Shown here: positions 45,411-55,160 of the stretch, piece after piece
Numbering within the stretch: position 1 is the first letter of the stretch
How the letters are laid out: the number at the start of each line of letters is the position of its first letter
IMG/VR virus record: IMGVR_UViG_3300020477_001008
Span: 1 to 64,000 of that record
DNA: 64,000 nucleotides
Reading direction: 5' to 3' (one strand)
Position numbers and translations under genes: made by a program
The notes under the pieces: model-generated
The model's input: only the letters and a program-made list of their open reading frames with translations
Told to the model about the DNA's origin: nothing
The model's database searches: none

Positions 45411-45731
45411 TTAATTTCCTTCTTTATCGAAATCAGCATACATTGTATACTTTGCTGTTAATTCTTCGCCTGCTTTAATTTTTTTAATAGTACACAAATA
45501 ACGAACAGGTAATTGATGCCAAAAGCCTTTTAAGTTTATACAATTAGGTGTATCTGAATGATTATAAAAAGCACCTAAGGCAGTTCTAATAGCACCGTGT
45601 GGAAAGTTTTTGTTTTCAATATGTACAATACCTAATACAACTTCTTTATCAAAATCTTTTGTAGCAAACAAGCCTAAGCCTTGCACTTTAGATTCTTTAA
45701 TTGTTAAGCCATCTGGTAAAGGTTTATACAT
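45411..45731 (-). CDS. SET-domain protein-lysine methyltransferase
   Basis: GLGLFA, FYNHS..PN, IKAGEELT..Y. Confidence 0.9.
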   Translation of the reverse strand: MYKPLPDGLTIKESKVQGLGLFATKDFDKEVVLGIVHIENKNFPHGAIRTALGAFYNHSDTPNCINLKGFWHQLPVRYLCTIKKIKAGEELTAKYTMYADFDKEGN

Positions 45732-46040
45732 TTATCTTTTTCCTATCGGTGGATGTGTTGTTATTTCTTTGCAAACAAATTCAATTTCTTTGTTTTTAAT
45801 TTTTCGTATTATATCACAATCTTTTCCAGTTACACTTGATATAATCATATCTGTTGTAGTTTTTTGTCCTGATAATGCTAGTCCTGTATCAATACCGGTC
45901 TTTGCCATAGTCACAGATTTGTATGTTGAATAACTACTACCTGCCGCCGCTGTGGTACTTGACCCAAGTATAGTAGTTTCAATAAAACCACAACCTGATA
46001 ATGTCACTAATAACACTAATAATCCAAAAATTCTTACCAT
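45732..46040 (-). CDS. Putative lipoprotein
   Basis: MVRIFGLLVLLVTLSGC lipobox; start moved to 46040. Confidence 0.65.
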   Translation of the reverse strand: MVRIFGLLVLLVTLSGCGFIETTILGSSTTAAAGSSYSTYKSVTMAKTGIDTGLALSGQKTTTDMIISSVTGKDCDIIRKIKNKEIEFVCKEITTHPPIGKR

Positions 46041-46098
46041 ACGTAAATTCCTAAATAAATTGCTATCCACAATACTATCGCCCAAAATATTATAGTTC

Positions 46099-47484
46099 TC
46101 ATAAGCAACTTTCATAAAATTCTTCCAATTCCGGAAAAACTTTTTTAAATGATTTGTTCCTTCTTTTATCATATTCATTAATATATCTTACAAAATCATT
46201 TCTAGTTATATTTAAGTTAATTTGCTCAGCTTCGTTTGGATCTGCTTCTGCATATGACTTAAAACGCATTAATTTAGCTAGTTCAAAATCAAAAAACCCT
46301 TTATATGGGTTGTTATGTGTTTCAGCATTATTCTCCATAACTGCCACAGCAGGATCTAATAATGATCCATATTTTTTAGGTAATATTGAAGCACTCAAAT
46401 AAGCAGGGTGCCTTAAAATTGCTGTGTCTATTGTTATTGGTACTTTTCTATCATTGCTATAAAATTCTGTTTTTAATGGATGTATTATATCAAGTAACTT
46501 ATGCAACCTTGGCATACTTAATAATCCAGTTGTACACATAATTGTAATTTTTGTTTTTGGTAATTCAGTTAGCACACGACACATATTATCATACCATTGA
46601 TTAAAGTCTAACCCATCTCTAATATACTCTGCTTGTTCGCCAAATGTATCAACTGATGTGTATAGTCTTGTTAAACCAATTTTATTATCTAATGTTATAC
46701 GTTTCATTTTTTCAATGTATTGATCAAACAGTTTATCTGGTACGCAACCATTTGAGTTAATGCTTAATTCTAATTCTGGTCTTGGATTGTTATTAACATA
46801 ATCTAATACTTTAAAAGTATCTTTTGCTAATAGAGGTTCCCCGCCTGTAATTCTAAAAACCTGGAGAGTTTTGTACAGGTCGGGAAACCATTTCCAAAAA
46901 GCGTCAACATAAGGATTATGTTCACGATGCGGAATCGGTAATTTGCCTTGTTGTTTTAGCCAAGACAAGTTATTAAATTTATCGCTTGTAGGATATGCAC
47001 CTTCAGATTGTATTTCTTCCATCCAGGAACTACTGAATGCAGGACTACAATATGCACATTTTAAATTACAAACATTTGAAAAACTAACTTCAACATAAGT
47101 TGGATTAACATTTTCTACGCCAACCATTTTAGCAGTTTCTTCTAAATATGGTTTAGCCCACGGCTCGTGTGATTTAGAACTTCTATCGCTATAATGTTCT
47201 GGACCTAGATCTTCTACGTTCCAACAGTATTGACATTCAGGAGGTCGTACTCCTTTTAACATTAATTCTCTTTGTGATTTTTTATATTCAGTATTGTGTA
47301 AAGCACTAGGATTAGTTTTTAATTCTTCTACAGGAACTTGGTGTGTTCTAGGGTGATGACAACTATGTGTATGACCATATTGTAAATGAATAGTTGACTG
47401 ATACCATTTCGCTAGACAGAATGATGGCGATACAGCATTAAGCTGATCTCTTGTCTGCTTGATTTTAATAACTTCATCTGTCAT
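46099..47484 (-). CDS. Radical SAM/Twitch protein (paralog of 42127)
   Basis: CNLKCAYC, GGEP, FCLAKW..SCHH..CQYCW. Confidence 0.9.
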   Translation of the reverse strand: MTDEVIKIKQTRDQLNAVSPSFCLAKWYQSTIHLQYGHTHSCHHPRTHQVPVEELKTNPSALHNTEYKKSQRELMLKGVRPPECQYCWNVEDLGPEHYSDRSSKSHEPWAKPYLEETAKMVGVENVNPTYVEVSFSNVCNLKCAYCSPAFSSSWMEEIQSEGAYPTSDKFNNLSWLKQQGKLPIPHREHNPYVDAFWKWFPDLYKTLQVFRITGGEPLLAKDTFKVLDYVNNNPRPELELSINSNGCVPDKLFDQYIEKMKRITLDNKIGLTRLYTSVDTFGEQAEYIRDGLDFNQWYDNMCRVLTELPKTKITIMCTTGLLSMPRLHKLLDIIHPLKTEFYSNDRKVPITIDTAILRHPAYLSASILPKKYGSLLDPAVAVMENNAETHNNPYKGFFDFELAKLMRFKSYAEADPNEAEQINLNITRNDFVRYINEYDKRRNKSFKKVFPELEEFYESCL

Positions 47485-47619
47485 TTTTTTTAAAAAAACT
47501 TTTGATATAATTCCATAGACATTGTGTATATGCAGTTATAACAACAGCAGTAATTAATATTATACAAATTGGTATCCATATAATCCAAAAAATAATATCA
47601 CCTATTGTATCTAATATTT

Positions 47620-47871
47620 TCATTGTGCTTCTATTTGAAAGCCTTTCCACGGTTTAGGTTTGTATGTACCGTTATGTAGTGCTTCCATATTTTTTGCTAA
47701 TCGCTCTTCGTGTTCTGCTTTTAGTCTTGCTTTTTTTATCTCCATATCTTCATAAATTTTTTCAACGTTTTCTTCACCTGTTATAATCTGTGCTGTCTTT
47801 ATCATTGCACCCATTGGTAATCCAAACACAAATGTAAAAAATAATATTGCCATTGCTATTACTGTTTTCAT
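47620..47871 (-). CDS. Membrane-anchored hypothetical protein
   Basis: N-terminal TM; ATGA overlap. Confidence 0.6.
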   Translation of the reverse strand: MKTVIAMAILFFTFVFGLPMGAMIKTAQIITGEENVEKIYEDMEIKKARLKAEHEERLAKNMEALHNGTYKPKPWKGFQIEAQ

Positions 47872-48863
47872 ATAGTTTTATAAGTTATCCTTCCTTCAGA
47901 ATCTTTTTCTGTAACTAAATTTCCTTGTCTAGGTGGATTCCAATAAACTTTTTTAAAGAACTTTGATCCAGCTTCGTCTATTTCTGAAACAGGCATATTT
48001 AATTTTTTACGTAATTGATCTCCAAGAAATCTTGTTTCTTTTTCAAGCTTTTCCATACTCCAATTGTATTTTGACTTAACACAATATTGATCTTCTCCTG
48101 CAAACTTTGGCATAATTTCTTCTGTGAAATATTTTGTGTGCCAATCAAAGTGTGCAACATTTACAAAGTCAAACGTTGGATCTAAATTTGTTAAGTAACA
48201 ACCTAATCTTGTTCCATACAAAGCCCATAAGCCGTTTTCCACATCTCTACCTATGTTACTCCATATGAGTAATCTCCAATAATTTTTATCGTGTAAACTT
48301 GCTTCAAAATTATCTGGATCAACTTTTACTCCTCTATCCAAAGACATCTTTACACCTTCTCTAAATCCTGCTCTATAAGCCTGATAAGGTGTTGCATTAT
48401 TCATTACATAACTAAATGCTTCATTGAATTGAATATAATTTAAGTCCCAACAAAAGTCTACTTTGGATCTTTCATCCTCTGCAATCTCGTGTGTTTTCAT
48501 ATCTAAAACATATTGTACAGGCCAACATTTAATTCCACCATTACCATATACTAGTCCATTAATACTATTAATACCACACCAACTAATAACAGAACTTTCT
48601 AGTTTAACATCAGCTTGTCTAAAATCAATTACTTGATCAAAAAACTTTGGATCAACAATATTATCACCGTCAACAGAAATAAATCTATCCGTTTCACTTG
48701 CTTCAGCACAGGCTTTGTGTGCCGCATCTGAGCCTAATACTCCGTGTGTTCTTTTAGCCCAAGGACATTTTGTTTTTAAGTCAGCCCAGTTTTCTTCCAT
48801 ATTAGGTTCGTCAAAACTAATATAAAAAATGTCAATGTCAGTTACATCAATTATTTTACTCAT
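47868..48863 (-). CDS. GT-A fold glycosyltransferase-like protein
   Basis: FYISFDEP, AHKACA, SVDGDN (DxD), YGNGGIKCW, RAGFREGVK. Confidence 0.6.
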   Translation of the reverse strand: MSKIIDVTDIDIFYISFDEPNMEENWADLKTKCPWAKRTHGVLGSDAAHKACAEASETDRFISVDGDNIVDPKFFDQVIDFRQADVKLESSVISWCGINSINGLVYGNGGIKCWPVQYVLDMKTHEIAEDERSKVDFCWDLNYIQFNEAFSYVMNNATPYQAYRAGFREGVKMSLDRGVKVDPDNFEASLHDKNYWRLLIWSNIGRDVENGLWALYGTRLGCYLTNLDPTFDFVNVAHFDWHTKYFTEEIMPKFAGEDQYCVKSKYNWSMEKLEKETRFLGDQLRKKLNMPVSEIDEAGSKFFKKVYWNPPRQGNLVTEKDSEGRITYKTI

Positions 48864-49452
48864 CTTTTAATTCCTTATAACAATAATCGTCGTATATTCT
48901 TTTTGTATAAACACAATTATCTGTGTGTTTAGTATTATAAGAAACGACTGCTTCTTTATTTGTTAGCAAGTATAAAACCGGAATACGTGCATACTCAATT
49001 AAATTATGTGGATCACTATCGTAACATAAAATAAAATCTAAAAATTCTTGTCCTTCTATATTAATATTTTCAATTTTAGTATCATTTGTTATTTTGTATT
49101 TTTTCATCAAATAAGCTCTGAATGTTTCATCAAATTTAATAGTTAATTTTTGTTCTTTTATATTGTTTTCCACAATTACGTCCCCAGCTTCTAGTTTAGG
49201 TATTTTAAATAACCTATCATCTATAAGCTTTACAGCAATATCTGTTTTCTTCAACTTTATTGAATATTTACTCTGTTTTACATCCTTATCTATGTAATAA
49301 TGCACAGGATTTTTCTTGTTATTAATAAAGTCTTCTACGTCTTTATAATCAATTTCAAAGTATGTTTTAGACAAATCAGGTTGGTTACGATTAATACCTA
49401 ATATATTTCTAGTTTCTAAATCAAATAAAACGTATCTTTTTTCGTCTATCAT
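48856..49452 (-). CDS. Hypothetical protein
   Basis: Overlaps neighbours. Confidence 0.65.
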   Translation of the reverse strand: MIDEKRYVLFDLETRNILGINRNQPDLSKTYFEIDYKDVEDFINNKKNPVHYYIDKDVKQSKYSIKLKKTDIAVKLIDDRLFKIPKLEAGDVIVENNIKEQKLTIKFDETFRAYLMKKYKITNDTKIENINIEGQEFLDFILCYDSDPHNLIEYARIPVLYLLTNKEAVVSYNTKHTDNCVYTKRIYDDYCYKELKDE

Positions 49453-50300
49453 AATCCAATTTTCTTTTCTAATTTAACTATTATTTCATCTGTAAGAAAT
49501 TCTTTGTCTTGATAATGAAATGGTAAAGTTTGTTTATAATTTCCAATTTTTAAATCACAATCTTTTGAAAAATATGCACCAATATGTTTTGTCCAATTTT
49601 TAGAATAACCAGGACCCCAACCTTGTACATTTGATTTCATATGTACAAAAGTAGGATAGTTTAAATGTTTATTACATATTTCATTGCCTATGCCTAATAT
49701 TTTTCCAGCCAAAGCATAAACTACATCAGCACTTAAAAATGTTTGTCTTGGTGGTACTAAAAAGTCTTCTTTAAATGTATCATAGTTTCTAAAAATATGT
49801 TCAACTAATTTAAAATACTCTTCTGCTACATCGCTATTTTTATTAAAATGAAAAAATGCTGTATATATATTTGGTAAATTATTTGCTAAAAATGTTTGTC
49901 TATTTGAATTATTATTAGCTATTTCATTTCTATAAGTTTTAACTTGAGATGGTGATGTTAAATTTCTATTTGAAAAATAATCCCACCAATGTCCTATGTC
50001 ACTTAAAAATAACATATCAGTATCTAAAATAACTGTATGTTGATATGGAGTCATATAATAATATTTCCATTTGTTATTAATCTTCCAATCAGCCAATTGT
50101 GCGTCATCATTGAATGGCATTTCTATTACTTGATCAAATACAGTTTTATATTTGTCAGGAACAATTGTATCTTTGTCAACAGCAATACTAATACGTCTAA
50201 CAGATCTTTGTGTGTTGGTAATACTTAAAGCAAGAGCATAAGCCATACGAACATAATCATAATTACTATTTTGTGCTATTACTAGATATCCTTTACTCAT
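49449..50300 (-). CDS. GT-A glycosyltransferase (GT8/mannosyltransferase-like)
   Basis: TPY..TVILDTDML (DxD), FVHMK, PFHY. Confidence 0.7.
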   Translation of the reverse strand: MSKGYLVIAQNSNYDYVRMAYALALSITNTQRSVRRISIAVDKDTIVPDKYKTVFDQVIEMPFNDDAQLADWKINNKWKYYYMTPYQHTVILDTDMLFLSDIGHWWDYFSNRNLTSPSQVKTYRNEIANNNSNRQTFLANNLPNIYTAFFHFNKNSDVAEEYFKLVEHIFRNYDTFKEDFLVPPRQTFLSADVVYALAGKILGIGNEICNKHLNYPTFVHMKSNVQGWGPGYSKNWTKHIGAYFSKDCDLKIGNYKQTLPFHYQDKEFLTDEIIVKLEKKIGL

Positions 50301-50475
50301 TATCTAACTCTTCCCAACTGTTATCAGCTTCTTTATTTTTTTTGTATTTTTTTAAAACAGATGTATCACCACTGCCAATTGCTTTAAAAAAATCAGACAT
50401 CGCTGAACTTTTTTCTTTAATTGATTGACAACCAGTTAGCATTGTTATTGCAATTATTAATACAAATATTCTCAT
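50293..50475 (-). CDS. Small lipoprotein
   Basis: MLTGC lipobox. Confidence 0.6.
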   Translation of the reverse strand: MRIFVLIIAITMLTGCQSIKEKSSAMSDFFKAIGSGDTSVLKKYKKNKEADNSWEELDNE

Positions 50476-50792
50476 TATCTATTATCGCCATCTCCGTGGA
50501 TTGTATTATTTTTTAATCTTTCTTCAAGCTTTGTCTTGTTTGTATCGGCAACTTCTTGTAATGTAATATTTAAATCACCAGCTAGTGCTGAAAGATACCA
50601 AAGCACATCTCCTAATTCTTTTGTAATAGTTTCTTTAAAGTTTTCTTTTGCACCATCTCTAATGTGCTTTTTTACTTTTTCAGCTACTTCGCCTGCTTCT
50701 CCACATAGCCCTAAAGTTGGATATAATGTTGTATATTCTTTTGGATATCGCTTCATAGATGCAACAAATTCTTGATACTCGTTAAATGTCAT
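50475..50792 (-). CDS. MazG-like NTP pyrophosphohydrolase
   Basis: LGLCGEAGEVAEKVKK, ELGDVLWY. Confidence 0.9.
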   Translation of the reverse strand: MTFNEYQEFVASMKRYPKEYTTLYPTLGLCGEAGEVAEKVKKHIRDGAKENFKETITKELGDVLWYLSALAGDLNITLQEVADTNKTKLEERLKNNTIHGDGDNR

Positions 50793-51670
50793 TAGCTGTT
50801 CTCCTTAATAATTTTATCTGATAATCTGTTTAACGCAAATTTATTCATTACGTGTATGTTTGTGTTTTCAGTTTGACATAATAGATAGTCGCCTGGGTTG
50901 TTTGGTTTTTCTAATAAAAATTTAAATTTAGTTCCTTCAACATCTATAAAATCATCAAAGCCGTGTGAGTGTTGTAAAAATGGAACTGGTAATGGCTTAA
51001 CAAAATTATTATTTGCCATTCCATTTAATAAATGTATAGCTATACTAAATGCAAAATCATTTCTAAATGTTGGTGCATCAAAATGATAAAGTAATTTATA
51101 ATATTCATAATTGCGTTGTACGTGATTAACCATATCAAATAACATTTCAGATTCTTTTGTTTTTCTAAAAAATACTGCGGTTGCCCAATAAAAGTTAATT
51201 GACTGTTCTCCTATTCTAGAAAACTCTTCAAATTTTCTAGTTGAAAATATATCTTTTGAATCTCTATTAATTTGTATATCATAATCTAATTCCCAACACA
51301 TATCAAATTGATTATTGCAAATCATATAATCAACATCTAATATTAATGTTTCATCATATGGAGAGTAATGGAAAGAGTTATGCCTATCAATATTATAAAA
51401 TGTTTCAATTTGTTTAGAATATCTAGTATCGTAAAATCTTTTTTTGTTTGGAGTGTTTCTTCGTCTTTCAATTAGAATATTATCTATTTTACTATCAACA
51501 AATTCTTTACTATATGCTTTGTATAGCCAATTAACTGTGCCTTCATCTGTAACAATAGTTACAGAATTATTTTTCATATGTTTTTTGATTAGACAGCTAT
51601 TTGCTAAAGCTATCTTTCCGTAATCGATATGACGATTATTATGTGCGTAAAATAGAATACCTCTAGACAT
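50792..51670 (-). CDS. GT-A glycosyltransferase (paralog of 49449)
   Basis: SPYDETLILDVDY, FRNDFAFSIA, HVMNK. Confidence 0.7.
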   Translation of the reverse strand: MSRGILFYAHNNRHIDYGKIALANSCLIKKHMKNNSVTIVTDEGTVNWLYKAYSKEFVDSKIDNILIERRRNTPNKKRFYDTRYSKQIETFYNIDRHNSFHYSPYDETLILDVDYMICNNQFDMCWELDYDIQINRDSKDIFSTRKFEEFSRIGEQSINFYWATAVFFRKTKESEMLFDMVNHVQRNYEYYKLLYHFDAPTFRNDFAFSIAIHLLNGMANNNFVKPLPVPFLQHSHGFDDFIDVEGTKFKFLLEKPNNPGDYLLCQTENTNIHVMNKFALNRLSDKIIKENS

Positions 51671-51675
51671 AGGAA

Positions 51676-52023
51676 TTACTCTACTAGTTTATGTACTTTT
51701 CTTTTATTTGCTAGTTCGCTATGTTGTCTATGATATTCGTTAACTGATTCAAACCACCTGGTTGTAATTTGATTATAAAAGTCTTGTAAATCTTCTATAT
51801 CAATTGGTGTTTTATTTGAATCTAACATTATCATTGATTTTTTGCCTTGCTTACAAAAAGAATCAATAAATGCTATTAATGTTTCATTAATATGAAATAT
51901 ACCACCATTGTAAGCATAATTCAATTGTGCTTCGCATCTATCTTTAAGCTTTTCTTTTTGGTTAGCCAATGTTGATCTATAGTTGGCAAATTCCAATGCT
52001 TTTTCAAGTCTTTGATCGGTCAT
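51676..52023 (-). CDS. Conserved-looking hypothetical protein
   Basis: ORF between tail genes and the GT island. Confidence 0.7.
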   Translation of the reverse strand: MTDQRLEKALEFANYRSTLANQKEKLKDRCEAQLNYAYNGGIFHINETLIAFIDSFCKQGKKSMIMLDSNKTPIDIEDLQDFYNQITTRWFESVNEYHRQHSELANKRKVHKLVE

Positions 52024-52061
52024 AAAAAAACCCTCCAGTGTGTTTATAATACACTAGAGGG
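52024..52061 (-). terminator. Rho-independent terminator of the tail operon, overlapping a TTGACT-N17-TATTAT promoter
   Basis: CCCTCTAGTGT/ACACTGGAGGG followed by T7 on the - strand. Confidence 0.75.
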
Positions 52062-52098
52062 CTTTATAAGTCAACTAATTTATATAATATTATATCAA

Positions 52099-53028
52099 TT
52101 ATAACGTAGCTGTATTGGCAAAACTTGGAGAAGCCACTTGTACGTAAGAGGCATTATCCGCTTTGTCAAAAGTAACAGTACTTGATATTGTACCATCTAC
52201 TGAGTCAGTACCAGTCCAACCTGTACCTTCATTTGGTGCAGTACCTAAACCGCCACCAGTGTATGTACCAGTTTCTGCCGCGTGATCATCGTTCAAATCA
52301 ACCTGGAAAGTTAGTAATCCAGATCCATCTGTTTTAGCTTGGATATGTATATCGTTCGCTGTGTAATCACCTGAACCAATTGGTGCTGACATAATTGTTT
52401 GGTTAGAAGTTGTTAAATCTCTATAACCAACTGATGTGTTAGTACCATATGATCCGCCTGATTTTGTAGTGTCTGTTGCATTCATAGTCACAGTACCTAG
52501 ACCTGTACCTAAGTTAGTCCAAGCCGTGTTTTGGTCTGTTGAAGAACCGCCTGATCTTGCTACAACTATGTGGATTTTACCACCTGAGTTGAAAAAGTAT
52601 CTAGCCGCATTCTGCGAACCAAAGTTAACAGTGAAAGTATGTGTAATAGTACCACTCCAAGAATCAGTTCTTGAAGATGAAATACCAGCTTGTCCCGTTG
52701 ACAAGTTAGAGGCATCAGCCGTGTCTGCGTTAGTATCGATTAACGTGACGTCTGCCGCTAAATTTGACAAAGGTAAAATATTTCCACCTGTTGTTACTGT
52801 GTTAGATGCATTAGTTAGTGTTGTTCCTTGGTGATTGGCCGCTTTTTGTAGACCTGAAAGTAAAGAATTCCATTGAGCCGCTGTAATCGTAGCGCCTGCA
52901 CTCAAAGTTGTTATCTCTGATAAGCCGTATCCTTTTGCTCCCGAGCCGGTACCAATCACTGCATTTACGTTATTAGCAAACGTGTTATAGTCTGCCGCTG
53001 TAATTGTATCACCTTGTTGATAAGCCAT
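52099..53028 (-). CDS. Virion structural protein (tail/baseplate-associated)
   Basis: G/T/S/A-rich; ITAADYN/ITAAQWN repeats; RYFFNSGG. Confidence 0.7.
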   Translation of the reverse strand: MAYQQGDTITAADYNTFANNVNAVIGTGSGAKGYGLSEITTLSAGATITAAQWNSLLSGLQKAANHQGTTLTNASNTVTTGGNILPLSNLAADVTLIDTNADTADASNLSTGQAGISSSRTDSWSGTITHTFTVNFGSQNAARYFFNSGGKIHIVVARSGGSSTDQNTAWTNLGTGLGTVTMNATDTTKSGGSYGTNTSVGYRDLTTSNQTIMSAPIGSGDYTANDIHIQAKTDGSGLLTFQVDLNDDHAAETGTYTGGGLGTAPNEGTGWTGTDSVDGTISSTVTFDKADNASYVQVASPSFANTATL

Positions 53029-53030
53029 TG

Positions 53031-54350
53031 TTATTTCACTCCTATTGCAATAGTTATTTTGTCAACCTCTTCGGTTGTTTTTGACACTAGAGCTCTACCA
53101 AAGGTAGCTTTCCAGTTGTCATTTGGATCGGCTTTTACAGCAACACCTGGAATATCACTGCTAACCAATCTATCACCTTTTGCAACTGGTCCCTTAACTT
53201 TGCAAGAAACCCTTCCAGAAAAAGCTACAAATGGGTGAGTAGTATCATCTCCCGCTCCGTCATTCATTCTAAATGCTGGAGTTTCAGAAATAACACCAAA
53301 TACGTTTTCATCTGCCCTGTCGGCAGTTTTTGTAATTTCTTCTACACCACCTAGTGCAACAATTGTACCTGGATCCATAGTAACGTCTGCCGCAAATCTT
53401 TCAGCGATATCGGCGTATTGGGCTGAAGTTGCCACACCGTATATGGTTGCATAACGTTTAGTATTTGATCCTAAATCAACTGAAGCATTCGCAGTAGGTT
53501 CTAACTTACCTGCGTGTGCCTGTGTAGTAGTTTTAGTTAAAATCATTATTTTAGCCGAGTCATAACTTACCGCGGCGTTACTAGCATCTTGTACTGCAAG
53601 AGCTTCGTCTGCCAACGGAGCTACTGCCGCCGGATCTAAATAACCATCTCTAATATTCAAACCAGCTTGTAGCGAACCTGTTGCCGCCGCACCTGATGTT
53701 GTTACTGAGAAGTTATTTCTAATATCATATTGTAAAGTTCCATTTGTCATAGCCGCTGTTTGACCAGTACTAATATCAAATGAAGCTGGAGCATATAAGG
53801 CAATTACTTGATCAGCACCTGCACCTGTTTTTCCAATTATTGCAGTTACTTCAACATCAGTATCACCAGATACGTTAGTACCTGCTGTGTAACCAGCTCT
53901 TCTAGCCGCTGTTGCCCAAGCATTTGGACCAACTTTAAGTGTTACTGAAGTTTGTCTAGCATTTGCAGTTGCCATAGCAGTCGCCTGCCAAGCCGCTCCA
54001 TCATAAATTTTTAAAATTTTATCTGAAGTAGTATCCATCCACAAAGTACCTGCTGTTGCAGAACTTGGCGCTGATGTTCCTACTGTTACGTTTAATCTAT
54101 CCCAAGCTGTACCGTCATATGCTTTTAATACAGATTCACCTGTATCATACCATAATTGTCCTGTTTGTGGACTTGATGGTGCAGAGCTGTTAGCTTGATT
54201 TTCTAGTAATTTTACAAAGTCCTCAGCGATTAACTCACCGTAACCTGTATAGTTTTTTCCAATCAGTGTTATGCCACCTACAACCTGAGTAGTACCCGGT
54301 GTAACTGTGGTAACAACTGTTCCTCTTGTATTATTAATTGTATAAGACAT
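53031..54350 (-). CDS. Tail fibre/baseplate protein with C-terminal autoproteolytic chaperone-like domain
   Basis: LIGKNY.GYGE, GQLWYD; ATSAQYADIAE...GVIS..PAF.MN...GRV.CKV.G...KGD.LVSS. Confidence 0.75.
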   Translation of the reverse strand: MSYTINNTRGTVVTTVTPGTTQVVGGITLIGKNYTGYGELIAEDFVKLLENQANSSAPSSPQTGQLWYDTGESVLKAYDGTAWDRLNVTVGTSAPSSATAGTLWMDTTSDKILKIYDGAAWQATAMATANARQTSVTLKVGPNAWATAARRAGYTAGTNVSGDTDVEVTAIIGKTGAGADQVIALYAPASFDISTGQTAAMTNGTLQYDIRNNFSVTTSGAAATGSLQAGLNIRDGYLDPAAVAPLADEALAVQDASNAAVSYDSAKIMILTKTTTQAHAGKLEPTANASVDLGSNTKRYATIYGVATSAQYADIAERFAADVTMDPGTIVALGGVEEITKTADRADENVFGVISETPAFRMNDGAGDDTTHPFVAFSGRVSCKVKGPVAKGDRLVSSDIPGVAVKADPNDNWKATFGRALVSKTTEEVDKITIAIGVK

Positions 54351-54436
54351 TATTAGTTGCTCCTATTTCTATTTATGCGTAGTTTCATTAAAACCGGTGT
54401 TATATAGCATAAAATTAACTGTTTCCTTTTGTTGCA

Positions 54437-55087
54437 TTATTGCATTTGTACCCTTACGGTATACACTATTTCTATTTGTCTATTGGTACTTTTTTGTACT
54501 GGGTGGAAAATAACGTGCGATAGCATTAAAGCCTGCGTATTATCTAATGTTCCACTTGTAGTATCTTGATAATAACCAAATAAACCTAGCTCATCAAACA
54601 CATAATTTGAGTCTGTTGTAGCTGAATCACTTGCATCTTGCGTAGCTGGTTCACCAAAATCTAAAGTACATTTTACTTTTAGATCTGTATATGCGCCAGT
54701 TGATGGCAAAATTTCAATATTATTGTTTGGATCTGTAGTTGCTGTTGTGCTTGTACCTGATGGTTTAGCTACAGCTTTTGTATAAGTTCTGTTATACAAA
54801 TCTGATGAATTATCTTTTGTAGCAGTTGTGTTTGTACTTTTGTACTTAATACTACCTGTTGATAATATATCAGATCCACCGTTACCAAAGCCCATCCAAT
54901 AAATTCCTGAGTCATTTAACGTATGATAACTTAAAGCTGAAGCTATCACGTAAGCCATATTACCAAAATGGATTGCGTTTTTTTGGTCTACTAATACCTC
55001 TCCGGTATTTTTATCCTTAATTAAAATGTGACCTTCCATTTTAATTTTACCTTCTTCATCTGGCTTTTGTACGTTATTTTCTGACAT
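54437..55087 (-). CDS. Baseplate/tail structural protein
   Basis: KNAIH..N, FDELGL, HVIFHPVQKS.NR. Confidence 0.65.
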   Translation of the reverse strand: MSENNVQKPDEEGKIKMEGHILIKDKNTGEVLVDQKNAIHFGNMAYVIASALSYHTLNDSGIYWMGFGNGGSDILSTGSIKYKSTNTTATKDNSSDLYNRTYTKAVAKPSGTSTTATTDPNNNIEILPSTGAYTDLKVKCTLDFGEPATQDASDSATTDSNYVFDELGLFGYYQDTTSGTLDNTQALMLSHVIFHPVQKSTNRQIEIVYTVRVQMQ

Positions 55088-55160
55088 AATTTTTCCCTAT
55101 ATTATATTATAATGATATTTATTGTCAACATTATAATAGTATTTAATCTCCTTATATTCC

